Assembly: GCF_006345805.1 (NCBI RefSeq)
Contig: NC_042998.1
Coordinates: 72,726,001-72,790,000, forward strand
Reading direction: 5' to 3'
From: Octopus sinensis
Lineage: Eukaryota
Length of the DNA stretch: 64,000 bases
In this document: positions 11,680-25,910 of the stretch, piece by piece
Numbering within the stretch: position 1 is the stretch's first letter
How the letters are laid out: each line of letters begins with the position of its first letter
Program-made: the position numbers and the translations under genes
Notes under the pieces: model-generated
The model's database searches: none
What the model saw: the letters and a program-made list of their open reading frames with translations, nothing else
What the model was told of the DNA's origin: nothing

Positions 11680-12013
11680 GTTGAATTTTCTGCTGCTTAA
11701 AATAAAGCATATTACTCTACCACTGGTATTTGAGTACTCTTTTTTCCACCTGTTTCACATTTATGTGTTTACTCCGGTATATATTATATATATATATATA
11801 TATTATGTGAAATAGAAAGATGAATAATCTTGTAGCAGATTAATCAAAAGTTTAACCGATACCTTGGTAGTAAAATTCACAGCAGAAGACAGCACGGTTG
11901 GAGGTACAACCATATGGTGTTGCAACCGTACGTTGGTGCGGATAATTGAAATTAAAATATTATTGGTGAATTGAAGAAATGGAGCTGAACGAAGATTGAA
12001 CAGAAATCGTTTT

Positions 12014-12104
12014 ATTTCATTCTACACGTGTTTCGAAAGGCACAATTTACCAAAATCCGATTGAATAATGAGACCATATTGTGTCTTTCTCTTCAGGAAG
12101 AAAT
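12014..12104 (-). ncRNA. Type I hammerhead ribozyme (left arm)
   Basis: Reverse complement of 12216-12306. Confidence 0.8.
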
Positions 12105-12215
12105 AGGAAATCCGTTGGAAAAAACAAAAGAGTTTTGCCATGGGCTCTTAGGAGCCTAGTTCGATTTGTTTTGCTCCGCCTCTGTTCTGTTTTTGTTTTT
12201 TCCAACGGATTTCCT

Positions 12216-12306
12216 ATTTCTTCCTGAAGAGAAAGACACAATATGGTCTCATTATTCAATCGGATTTTGGTAAATTGTGCCTTTCGAAACACGTGTAGAA
12301 TGAAAT
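12216..12306 (+). ncRNA. Type I hammerhead ribozyme with extended stem II
   Basis: ATTTCTTC-CTGAAGA-GAAAGACACAAT[31-nt loop]ATTGTGCCTTTC-GAAAC-ACGT-GTA-GAATGAAAT. All core positions are canonical, with predicted cleavage after 12297. Confidence 0.85.
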
Positions 12307-12407
12307 AAAACGATTCCTGTTCAATCTTCGTTCAGCTCCATTTCTTCAATTCACCAATAATATATATATATATATATTTTTGTATGTATGTATATGTATC
12401 TGTGTAT

Positions 12408-12598
12408 GCCCCCCCCCCCATCGCTTGACAACCGACATTGGTGTGTTTACGTGACCGCAACTTAGCGATTCGGTAAATGAGAGCGATAAAATATGTACTA
12501 GTCTTACAAAGAATAAGTCCTGGTGTCGATTTGTTCGACTAAAAGGTGGTACTCCAGGATAGCCGCAGTTAAGTGACTGACACAAATAAGAGAATACA
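12408..12598 (+). mobile_element. tRNA-derived SINE, 3' half
   Basis: CATCGCTTGACAACCG...GTCGATTTGTTCGACTAAAAGG...GACTGACACAAATAAGAG matches the reverse complement of ~62538-62710. Confidence 0.8.
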
Positions 12599-12646
12599 TA
12601 CATACATACATACATACATACATACATACATACATACATACATACA

Positions 12647-12682
<36 letters not shown>

Positions 12683-12724
12683 CATATACGTACATAGGTA
12701 CATATATATGGATACATACTTGCA

Positions 12725-13620
12725 TATATGGGTACAGAACATCAAAAATATTTTGATCACAATTAGAAACGAAACAAAGCAAAAACAGAAAACGAACTTT
12801 CTTCGAACAGCGAAAAAACCCCCAGATAAACGAGACATGCAACATAAAGTATATTCCCCTTCATCAGTTGTCCCTGTTTCATCAACTCCGCGTTCGAATG
12901 TAAGGACAATACGCGAGTTCGTTGAAACAGTCCACTCCTCAAAGCAAATAAAATACAATTTGTTACTTTTTGCCTAGGGTCAAAGTGGTAACAAGGACGG
13001 TGAACTCAAGACAGTAAACACAAACGGTGAATGCTGTTGAGCCAAGATGATCGAAAAATTATTATGAACGCTAGGAGGAAGATCTATGAGAAGAGACAGG
13101 TATATGCACGTCTTGTCTTTAGGAAGGAAATGGACAGAGACAGATTCCCTTTCGTTACGTGTCAGGGACGAGAGATTCAAGGAGAATGACTGAGAGTGAT
13201 GGAATGGTGAAGAGGAGAGAAGAAGAACAGGGAAGGGTGGGAGAGAAAACCAGAAAGGATGACGAACAAGAGAGGGAGAGAGATATACAGAGAAGAGATA
13301 GTAGAAATAGAAGAGTGTGCACCGTAATTAAGATTAACCTTACTTGGAAAAGGATATTTGCCATTCGAACATATAATAATATCATTAATCTATAAATATA
13401 TGCATATATACATGCATATATGTACATACCTACATATATATACATACCTACATATATATGTATATATATGAGTACAGGACATCAAAAAACGTTGAACACA
13501 ATGAGAAACGTAAACATAAAAACAAAAACATAGAGAACGAACATTTTTTCGAACAACGAAAAGAAAACAGAGAAACGAGACATGCAACATAAAAAATATA
13601 TCCCTTCATCAGTTGTCCCT
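12725..13620 (-). repeat. Two ~150-bp direct repeats (12725-12875, 13465-13620) flanking a purine-rich segment; probable tandem PLE pLTR remnant
   Basis: Shared GTACAG-ACATCAAAAA...AAACGAGACATGCAACATAAA...CCCTTCATCAGTTGTCCCT. Each carries CTGATGAAGGG on the minus strand, and both copies abut TA/TACA repeats. Confidence 0.55.
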
Positions 13621-13697
13621 TTATTCTTATATGCTTATATTTATATATTATTTATATTATTATATGATCGAACACCACGCATCCTTTCTCAAGTAAG

Positions 13698-13735
<38 letters not shown>

Positions 13736-13736
13736 G

Positions 13737-13794
<58 letters not shown>

Positions 13795-15197
13795 CCTATA
13801 TATATGTATATATACTGCAGTGTCTATCAATATTAAAATGAGACTACATCTACAAATTAATGTTGGTAAATTTGCTTGATCCTCGAAAAATATGCCTTAG
13901 AATATCAAGAACGGGTAGCAAATATGTGATCACTATATAATAATTCATAAGTTTATCGAAAGCAAAAGCTCCCTATTTGCTTTCTTCCTACCCATGTTTA
14001 ATACTTAATATTATCAATATCTGTGAAATGATTTTTTATAAAATGGTGTTGTTAAAAATTCACCGAATACTAATATTCAATATTTTGTGATAAGCAGTTG
14101 AATTCAAGTGCCATTGACATTCTTTCATAAGATATTAGAGAAGTGTATAACTTAATAATCTGTGCTTAATCGAGGGTCTTCCAGAGAATGTTCTAAAAAA
14201 TATATTTCAAAATTCAATTACCTTAATAAGCTGATGTGCCCCTAGTTATAAAAACATAGTTATAAAGTAGAACGGTGTTGAATTTCGTAAATATATAAAT
14301 GAAATATAATACATTTGATATTAAGGTTCTTGGTCGTTATTAAAGATGATTTTACATATTCTATTTTGTTCTTTAGTGTTCTGAGACCTGAAATATGACA
14401 ACAACATTTATAAAGTTCTCGAGCGCATTTGTGTTGAACACGCCCAGTTAACATATAGACAATTCAGAGTAGGAGAAGGAACACAATATATAGATTAATT
14501 GGATAATTTTCACTGTATATCATGAAGTCTCAAAGTCTGTCTTAGTAACAGACATTGCCACAAAGCCGATATTTTTTTTAAGTACTTGTTTATCGACCAA
14601 GTAGTTCAGTTTCATCGACTTCCGTTTACGACTATTACTAAATGTAATAAGTTTTGTAGTATATTTTAGAAATCGTATTATTTCAGTGACTGACTTAATA
14701 ATAAGTGAATTTTCTATAGGGTTGCCATTTTTATTAAATATTTTTTCCCTATAATTTAACAAATAAAAATATTTTCCTATAGGAAAAGTACAGAAATGAA
14801 ATTCACTTAACGAATCTTAGAAAAACTTCTTACATATTTAAAAGAAAATGTATTCTATTTCGCATAATCTGCAACAATTATATATTAAATGCCTACCTTT
14901 TTCTTTGGTGCCAACAGAAAATCTGTCTATTAACGGCAAATCTTGGAACATCTTAGTTTTCTTATCTTATATGATGAGGGTTTCCAGAATACGAAAATAA
15001 ACACAAATGAGACGTTTCTTGAAAGCAACACAAGAGTGCTCTCCCTACGGCATTTCGTTTACTTGTTAAAGAAATCGTTCTTGAAGTTAGGAAGTCTATG
15101 TTCCCACTACTATAGGAGTAAATATAAATTCATACCAAACTATACTATACTTTGTCACGCTTGCTCAACAATATGTGTATATGTTTGTGTGGGAATG

Positions 15198-15305
<108 letters not shown>

Positions 15306-17374
15306 TATATAAAAAATTTATATTTTTTTACTTATATGCTTAAATTTGAATTTTAACCACTAATATAGTCATTTTATTTAACCAGGACTCACTCGAAGTC
15401 ATTATTCACTATTTTACAGAACATATAATAACACTCAAATGTGTAAACGTTTTAGATTTATATGAACTTTATGTATGCAGAAATATTACTTCAGAATAAG
15501 GAATATTTGTCGATTCATTCTCTTATATAAGGAATAAGTGTCTTGGTAGTAAGTTTGAATTAGCTGTTCTTGAACAACTTTGAACGCATTCATCTGTAAT
15601 TGCTTTCTCTGCTAAAATCAATAACCCAATTTCAATTACGTGAATAGATTATAGACGGAAACATTGAGGTCAGTGCAAGATTCACATGAAAGTGCATAAT
15701 GTACTTATTTGTGGATGTTTGTAAACGCTTACATGTGCTAATCATACCACTGCATGTTGACACCAATGACATGATTAAACTCAATTTGTCGAAATTGTTG
15801 CTATAGAAATAATGTGTGCGTGTTTTTGTTCGTGTCTGTATTAGATGCTGTAACCCATACACGGACAAATACAATGAATATCACCTGCGATTAATCATGC
15901 TATCGATAGAATTTTATTATATCCACTTCAGCCTCAGTGATCAGCATTGCAGTATGGATCTTACTTGAAAACATTAGCTCCTGTCATACCACCAGGAAAA
16001 GAAAAAAACACTATTGCTGGATTGTCTTAAGCTTCAAAATGTTTTCAATGCTACTGGTATATTTTGCTGTATCACTGAAACCAACAAACTCCTTATTCAA
16101 AAAACACCTCTCCACCTCTACTTCATATCCATCTTGTAACTATTAAAATTGATTTACATGTCTGCTTAGACAGATTTCTATTTCAGCAAGAGTAGAATAA
16201 ATCGCATAATAAGCACAGTCAAACTATATTTTAAGTGCACAGTATTCACTGCTAACAGAGGGCTTTTTAATCTACATCTAAACCATTGTAATTCGAGTAA
16301 AATACGGAAAAAGCTCTTCTTAAATAAGTGCAAATTCTGACTGTAACCCATTGAACTTTAAAATACCCATCTCTAATATAATGTCGATTAAACTTGAAGC
16401 TCAGAAAAATATGACATCTCTACTGTACAATAAAATAGAATAGTTTTAACAGTGTTTCTAATTGCAAAGAATTCTCTATCTGTGGAATTTGCTTATATAA
16501 ATGATTCCTGATATAGAAACTGCCAGTAAAATACCAAAATATAAAGACCACGATAGTATCCAACTGTCAACATAGTCGGTCATTCTTTTAGAGAATTGGC
16601 GATTCGGGGAAATACAATTTCAAATACCAGAAAGTACGCCAAGTGCAGTAAACTCACTTGTTGATTAATAAATAATTTAGAGGCTGGTATTAAATAAACA
16701 AATGTCTGAGAGCATCGTAGATGGATTTCATTAATAATAACCAACGTTAGAAACACAATAAACAATAAAATAGGTAGATGCTTGCGCCGGTTGATTAGCT
16801 ATACAAGAAATAAATTTGAAATATCACATACCAATATTATGAACATACACACCTACATCCACTCACCTACTCACATATGCACCAACCCCCACACATGCAC
16901 CAACGCCTCACACACATATACACACACATTAGGCCTTAGATGCAATGTACACTAGATTAACTTAGTGATGGCTTTATTTTACAGTAGGCTCTGTTTCGCT
17001 TCGCTATGCATCTTTCATTTTTTTTGTAACTATGATGTTATTCTTTTCGTATTCCACTATGCGGAATATAGTTACATACGATACGTGTAGGAAATACCTT
17101 TATGTAGATTCTGTCTCAATCTTGTTCAAAAGTAGATCCTTCAAAATTCATTTGGCAGAAAGAGAATGTTGAGGTCATCTCACATCACTCACAAAAGAAA
17201 CCGTCACTTAATATCAATAGAGCATGCACAATTTGACGTGTGACAATGATGAAAAGCTGCGCCAACAATCTGAATAGATTAATGTACCGAAGAGAGGAGA
17301 AGCCAACAAATCTCACGAACGTGTAGAGAATCAGTATCGAAGACCGGAAGATTTTTCTAAATGCTTTCGAATAA

Positions 17375-17395
17375 CGATGATGATGATGATCATCG

Positions 17396-17472
<77 letters not shown>

Positions 17473-17540
17473 GTAATAATAAAAAATAAAAATGATGATG
17501 ATGACTACGACGACAACGACGACGATGATGATGATGATGA
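17375..17540. repeat. Compound (GAT)/(CAT)/(AAT) triplet microsatellite (similar tracts at ~19498-19620, 45965-46026, 50523-50590)
   Basis: Read directly from the sequence. Confidence 0.9.
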
Positions 17541-17909
17541 TAACTAAGTCTCAGAGTAATCCCCAAAATTGTACAGACAAGTACTACTCACATACTTAGA
17601 AAATCCCTATTCATCTGAACGTCTGTGTTGTATACATGAAGATATTTCGCTACTGCGCCTGTCACTTCCCCTCTCTAACCTCTCAGTGAATCTGTAACCT
17701 CTCTTATCATTCACTCGGCAAGTGATTGTAACGAACATGCAAGTTAAACGTAAATAATAATATAATAATAATAATGACCACTACCAACAATGTAGATATG
17801 AAATGCTGCATAAATCAATTTGATTAAAATGACACACACTCCCGTGAACTTTATATATACTTCATGTTAAATATATTTCTTTCTGCATCTATATAACAGT
17901 ACTACTGCA

Positions 17910-17939
<30 letters not shown>

Positions 17940-17944
<5 letters not shown>

Positions 17945-18160
17945 AGAAAGTTTACGAAAATAAACAAAAGACGAAGGCAGGTGGAGTACAAACAAATGTA
18001 TTAGTATAGCGCTCAGGAATAAAAAAAGTATTTTAAGTTTCGAGCCCACGCTCTTCTACAGAAAGATACACAGAAATAAAAACATGGAGAGAAACAAGAA
18101 GAGAAAAAAGGAGAGAAAAAATGCGTGTAGGAGCTAACGATCTATCATGGCGTCCTGATA
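17940..18160 (-). mobile_element. Solo PLE 3' tail of the same family as 1920-2096
   Basis: Minus strand CTTTCTGTAGAAGAGCGTGGGCTCGAAACTTAAAA...CCTGAGCGCTATACTAATACA...TTCGTCTTTTGT matches 1975-2085. Flanked by (TA)n on both sides. Confidence 0.7.
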
Positions 18161-18162
18161 TA

Positions 18163-18195
<33 letters not shown>

Positions 18196-18212
18196 TCATA
18201 TATATATATATA

Positions 18213-18321
<109 letters not shown>

Positions 18322-19520
18322 TCTATCGTGAACTGATAATGAACAAAGAACGACACCGGAATAATACACTTTGCAGGAAATGTGTAAAATTATCCTACAA
18401 ATATTTCTCACAAGAAATTTCTCAGTTCTCCCTGATAGGACTGAAAGATGAGCAAGAACTGAAAGATGAGCAAAGACATGACCGTGTGTTTAAGGTAGTC
18501 TCTTCCCAGATATGTTATGTTTCTATTGCGTCGTAATTTAGAGAAGTGCATTTTCGTCTATTCTCAACCCTACCAAATGTTTTCAGTGGAATGTAGTATA
18601 CGAAAACTTTGTTTAAGTCTGTGTCTTGGACGTCTTTAATGTTCGCTTATAAGCAATCTCTGTTCACACTTGACATCATTACCGAGATTGTGTGCCTTTC
18701 TATTCGGTCTAGAATGCAAGTTTCAGTCTAAATTCTTCATTTACCAGACATTAAGGTTCTTCGAAAAAGATAGGCTCTCCTGTTCTACTGCTAACAAAAT
18801 GACAAAAACGAGGTAATAATTTCGTACTATTATCTTTCAACATGAGTATTTCAATTACATTGAAATGGCTGTTTTCAAGAATAGGTACTTCCTATAATTC
18901 ATTTTGATTTTACTTTACGTCTGTTCAAGAACGATTTCGCAATTTGATCTATTAAGCCATTGTCACGAAACTTATATGTGGGGAAATTAAAATTGAAATT
19001 ACTGTCTACTTGTTTACTTAAAAATTGATTACACAGGATATTTTATTGTACATTTTAGGCGATATTGTTTTTTTTGTAATATTGATTAAAAATATGTGAT
19101 TATTGATTATAAATATTTTCTATACTATGCAAAATGAATGCCTCAAATCCCAATTGTAAAATCAGTATCGGATTTATCGTCTTATTTATATATTTCTCTT
19201 TTTCATAACTTCAAGAAATACAGACAAAAAAACATTATGTCATAAATTTTATATTTTTGTCAACATTATATATGGAAATTATCATGGAAAGTAGATTTTA
19301 TTTAAATCTTTGATAACATGACAATCTAATTGCAAATTAGATCACATAACAAAACTAATTAGATAAATGTTTGATATAATTAGCAAAACAGAAATGGGTT
19401 TTTATATAATATAAATTTTTGTTTAGCGTTATATGATATATTTATAAAATGGAAGGAAGTCATTTACTGCTTCTAATGAGCAGATATATTCTTCCATTAA
19501 TAATAATAATAATAATAATA

Positions 19521-19553
<33 letters not shown>

Positions 19554-22500
19554 TGATGATGATGATAATGATAATAATAATGATAACAATAACAATAGCA
19601 ATAACAACAACAATAATATTAGTTATACAAATAAACAGAAAATATATAACATCGGTTTTTTTTATCAACAGCATTAAACTGTACCACCGTGTTTACCACA
19701 TACTGGTTATTAAATCTAATTAATCACTTCTTTTTCGCTATATTTATGATGAACATGACAGAGTTCTACTAAATTTCACCTCTTTACTTTTAAAACGTGA
19801 ACACTAAGTTACAACCTTATCTCCGTCGCATATTAATTCACTTAAAACTAGTGTCTTCATCAATTAATATTACGAAATGCAGTGCAGCAAATAGTAGTGG
19901 AATTGTTTGATATAACATGGTAAATTGGGTGTATTAACTGTAATCCTGCATCTTAAATGTAACCAAAAGAGTAATGAAACAAAGATTTAAGGGAAGGCAT
20001 ATGAGCAATAATTGTTCCAGAAGAACATCAAATGTTTCGATCCTTAGCATCAAGGACATTTTCTGAAATTGCTAAATATTTGAAAAGGCAGAGGAACATA
20101 ATCGCTATACTTTCTATGCTCTTAGGATTATCTGAAATATTTGTAGTGTCAGAGAAGTAGTGTGTTCCAGTACTTTCGTAGAATAATTGTTATGCTTTTA
20201 GTTATATTATTTTTGTTTCCATGAATATGAGACAACGTTCCAACAGTAACACCATGGAGTAGATCACAATATTTAACATTTAAACGACACTAGACTTTAT
20301 AACCCATTAAGCGCTAACTTAGACTCATCACATCAAAAACTAATTTGAAGTTTAAGACTAATAATCATTATAGAAGTCATTAAAAATATGATAACCTTTA
20401 TCATATTTTAAACACATTAGCGGTATAAAAGGTAAAAATGATAGTTAATTTAATTTAAAATCAGAAGTGTTCAATAAAACGTATGAGAATTTCGGTTAAA
20501 ATAAATTGTGCTATGGAAGAGATGCTATCACCGTTTCCTTCATATCGAATAAAAGGCATTATTATCGCCATCAGATCTTGATGAAGCACCGAGTGAGAGC
20601 TATAATAAAAATAATAGGTATAAAAATACCGGGAAAAGAGATTGAATGATCAACACGGTTATTTGTGGGCAAAAAATATTGAAAATGACAATTTTCTCTA
20701 CATACCATGTCTGCTTATTTATAAATGGTATTTTCCTGTTCAAAGTGTAGTTTCTTTCATAAATTTTTATTAAAAAGTTTATTACTTATCGATTTATTCA
20801 TACAACTAATTGATATAACGACAGTAACATGTAATAAGTGTGTTAGACTCCGCTTGCTTAATAAGAGCAATATGGTGTGTTGATTTCCGAGTTTTGAAAA
20901 TGCAATTTTATTTTACACTGAAGACACAGCTACATTGCTCAAAGATGTTAAAGTCCAATACTGGTATCATCCTATGAATATAAGAGAACAAATCTTTTCT
21001 AAAGAAATGTAGCATGAGTTATTTAGCAGTAAACTGTTGAGAGATTAATATTTTTATTGATCATACTCATTATGTAACTTGGTATATACACTCCTAGACA
21101 AAAGAGAGATTGTTTTCTATACGTTGTGACGGTGTACGACAGAGTTGAAATAGTCAATATTTGTTTATTTGAAATTAGAGTAGAGTTTAGATAAGGATGC
21201 ATTTCATAACAAGCATCAGAGATGAAGGTAAAAGCGAGTAGATAGACTACAGTTGATGAGAATAAACTGGATTGTGCATGTAGCAATAGAATAACGATTT
21301 AATGAGTCAGTGAGCAATGTGTGTTGTTTAATGGCGAGTGAAAGTTTTCCTGTAGTAACTTCTTAAGTTGTATCGTTATTACACTTACTATAACTTAAGC
21401 CTTGCGTTTAACTCACTTTAGTACAGGGTCTGCAGCCATGCGTTTTTATGAAAACAAGATGTAGCTGAAGCGGACTCCTCCTTAAGTGTGTTATTGGATA
21501 TTTAATCTCTCCAAAGCAAAGCTAGTAATCAAGCGGAATTTGAAACCAAAAGGCAAGCATCCGAATCAGCTATGATGAAGCATCTCGAATTTAATAATCT
21601 CCCAGTCTCATCCTTTTCACTGGCCTTGTATTTATAGTGCAACTTGGTTACTTTGAATTTGAACTCAAACGACAAACAGCTTGATCAAAGACTAACGGCA
21701 TTCTATTCAACATTTTTACGATTCCAAAAATTCATTGATTTTCTTCTTTACACTTTAATATTTTAAATGGACAGTCATCCAATAATTATGCTTGAAATGT
21801 TGTCCAATATAATTCATTTGTCTGCAGCCTTGCTATGTCACCAACGTCGATAGTTTAGTACATTATATCCGAACGAGTGATATGCCCGCTGATCAACTTA
21901 ACAATTCCAGCCTGAAGAAAGGTGAAGTTAAACATGGTGAGTTTTGAATCCACAAAGTCATTCACTGAAGGAGTATTCAGCAAGATATCTTCATCAACCT
22001 CCATCATCCAAACAACGCATAATTCGATGCTCCACTAATGTTGCATGATGGGAAATCAATCTTCAACTGTTCACCAGACTGCTACTGCATAGTTCAATGC
22101 AACTTGAAACTACAACTCAATGTTCTTCTAAACTGTCTTTTTCTCACTGACGCTCCACAAAACTGCCAGCTCATATTAATAAAACAAATACCCAACGCTT
22201 CCCACTAAATCTTGTGATAAAATATTGATTGCTAACAATATCATAATGATATACATTTTCGTAATATGAAGGGCAATATAATAGAATACAGCACGTGACT
22301 GGTAATTGACTGAAAGATGAAAGACAAAGTTGTGGTCAGGCATATTTGAACACGGAATATAAACCACAGTAACTAAATATTGCAAGACATTTTGTCTCCT
22401 GCTGCTCTGAACGTTTTACCAATCCATTGCCATAATTATAGCCAACTATTTGTGATTACATATATCAAAATCAAACGAACAGTAAACTCCTAAATGCGTA

Positions 22501-23135
22501 ATTTTAAACTCTTATATATATATCTTTCATCAAATTGTTTTAGTTTATTCATTGTACCGGAGAAAGAGAAATTCCTCATATTTGGAAAACTGGAAAAACT
22601 TATATGTACGCACACGCGTGCGTACACACACACACAAACACACACACACATAAACACAGAACCCACACACATAAACATACACTCACACACATGTATCTTT
22701 GTTCCGTGTGTGTGTATAAGTGTGTGTTAACGTGTGTATGTGCATCCTGAATTTGGACTATGCATTCATTGATCGTAGGGTAAAAATATTGCAACAGATA
22801 TTATGCACTAAAATCCCATTTAATGTTTAACGTGTATTAAATGAGACATAACATTCTATCAAACAGGAATCTTTCAATGTCTATTCATCGTATTTCTTAT
22901 GAATCCAATAATCACTAGCATATATTATTAGAGCAAAATTCTGAACGTTCAGTGAAGATGATTCTATATTGTATCATTAGTATCCATTAAAATGGGCACA
23001 AACGGAGCGAATAATTCTTTGGAAACTTTTAACTCAAATATATAACGTTACAAACGCACACATATGCAAACATATATACTTTCACACGCACACGTGCACT
23101 CACAAAAATATATGTGTATATATATATATTATATA

Positions 23136-23175
<40 letters not shown>

Positions 23176-24061
23176 ATTTTATATATATTTTTATACATAT
23201 AGTATTGCGGCGTACGTACACCTTGTTCCCTTATGTATGTAAGCATTCCACTAAACTTTGTACGACTTCTACACACACTTTCTCTGTACTTCACTTGTCT
23301 CTGTCTTTCTCTTTTCTCGCCTCTTTGATTCTTTGGTCTCCTCTTTCCCCACTCTCTCACATTTCTCTGCCTTTCTTACGCTGCACTTCACTGACCCTGC
23401 CTTTCTTTCGTCCCGCCAATCCTTGGCACGCTCTTTTTCTTCTCCCTCTCCTTAATTCATTCTTTCTCTCTCTTCTCGGCTTCCTTGATACCTTTGTCCC
23501 TCTTTTTCTCTCTCTTCTCCCTCTCTTTAATTCCTTTGCCCCTTTTTCTCTCTGTTCTCTTCTCACGTGACCGCCAATCAACTATAGCCTTTCGGATTCT
23601 GACCAGCGCCATAACAACACCGACAGTTTCGTCTGCCGTAAGGCATTATTTTTCAAATACGCCAGCCAAGTTGAACTGTCTAAAGTCGAAAGACGGCCGT
23701 TGTTTTTTCCTGTTATTATTATAATTATTGTTTTTTGTATTTATATTCGTATTACTCTTTGTTTTTTGTATTTATATTCGTGTAACATCGTCCGTTTTTC
23801 TGTCCTTGTTGCGTATATATTCGATCCTTTTTCCAAGAAATCTAATGCTCGTAGCTTAGTTTTTGCTTGCAGCTGGCCAGATCGGAGCAATCTCAAGATT
23901 AATCAGCCGATATTGCGAGGATGATCCGGTTCTTGACTGAAGATTAGAGGCTTCGAATGACCCGTCCGTTTTTTGTATCGCCTATTTGAATGTTTTGCGT
24001 TCTTGTCCCATTTTGTATTTTTATATATATTTTTATACATATATATATATATACATATATA

Positions 24062-24945
<884 letters not shown>

Positions 24946-25127
24946 TATATATATATATATACAAATTCCTAGATTAGGACAATCTTTAAGTTGCCATTAT
25001 AGTACTAAGAGAACAAATGCAGAGGGGAGTTACGATGCATTCTCGTCGGCTATTAATGGCAATAGACGCTATGAAAAATCGCTGAATAAAGGGGGAGTTA
25101 CTCTAATAGGAATATATATATATATAT

Positions 25128-25790
25128 GCATTCTGGGAATGCAATCTGCTGTCGATGCTGTCTGAGCGATAATCCGTGGACCCTATGTAGTTTTTGGTGG
25201 CAGGCCGAGCATCTTACGACATAAATCAGGTTTTCTGAAGCACAGGCTAAATCAGATTTGCTTTTGAATTTTTGTCCCTCTTTGAAGAGAATACTGATCT
25301 TTCTAGAAGGTTTGGGCATGTTGCACAATTTGGTCGACCACATTTTTTAACTTTTGCATCCGTTATTTTAGAAAATAATTTTGCCTTTGTGAGGATATTT
25401 TTTAGTGATTTCGGTTGTTTGTAGCTTTTAATGATTTTATGTATGTGTAAAATTTCCTTTAATTTGGGGTCCTTATGTAGCATTGGTAAATTCTGGGTGA
25501 TGATGGTGAAGGAGTCTTTGTTTTGGGGGTTGTATGTGGATATACACGGCGGTATTTTCGGGATAGGTGTGTTGCTGTGTTGAACTTTTCTTAAGGTTTC
25601 TATGTCGATTTGTGTTGCACGTCTGATTCTATCTTTTATGACTTGAACTGGGTAGTGCCTGTCAATTAGGGTGTTTTTGCGTTCTTGCAGTCTAAAGTTT
25701 CTGCTATTTTATTCTGACACTATTGTACATATCGTTCCGGCGATTTAAATATATTTTTAACCATATAACACAAGCCTTCTGTAGTTGTTT
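25128..25790 (-). mobile_element. Penelope-like element fragment (RT C-terminus, linker and GIY-YIG N-part)
   Basis: ORFs 25247..25483 (KIIKSYKQPKSLKNILTKAK...VKKCGRPNCATCP) and 25098..25343 (CASENLIYVVRCSAC...RQHRQQI). Truncated at a (TA)n run. Confidence 0.85.
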
Positions 25791-25848
25791 CATTATTTTT
25801 TTTGTCTTTTATACATCCAACCACGTGCTTTCACATACCAACTCTCTA

Positions 25849-25910
<62 letters not shown>

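Larger units (their letters stand above)
11548..11780 (+). mobile_element. ORF-less PLE pLTR-tail palindrome (11548-11707) with two opposed hammerheads
   Basis: 160-bp near-perfect palindrome centred on TTTTGCTAGCAAAA, followed by ~70 bp of tail and then (TA)n. It begins directly after (TA)n at 11529-11547. Confidence 0.75.
11957..12363 (+). mobile_element. ORF-less PLE pLTR-tail fold-back (173-bp arms, 61-bp spacer)
   Basis: 11957-12129 is the reverse complement of 12191-12363 with one visible mismatch. The right end runs into (TA)n. Confidence 0.8.

Noticed and set aside
14520-14762. 80-aa minus-strand ORF with protein-like composition
   Set aside because: No recognisable motif and no convincing splice context.
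21800-22180. Possible decayed mariner on the minus strand (VDEDIL)
   Set aside because: Only one short motif, too degraded to support.
23560-24020. Possible HHR or PLE tail (GTCGAAAGACGGCCG; CTGAAGATTAGAGGCTTCGAA)
   Set aside because: Core and stems cannot be assembled. The region is probably repeat-derived, but I cannot assign a family.
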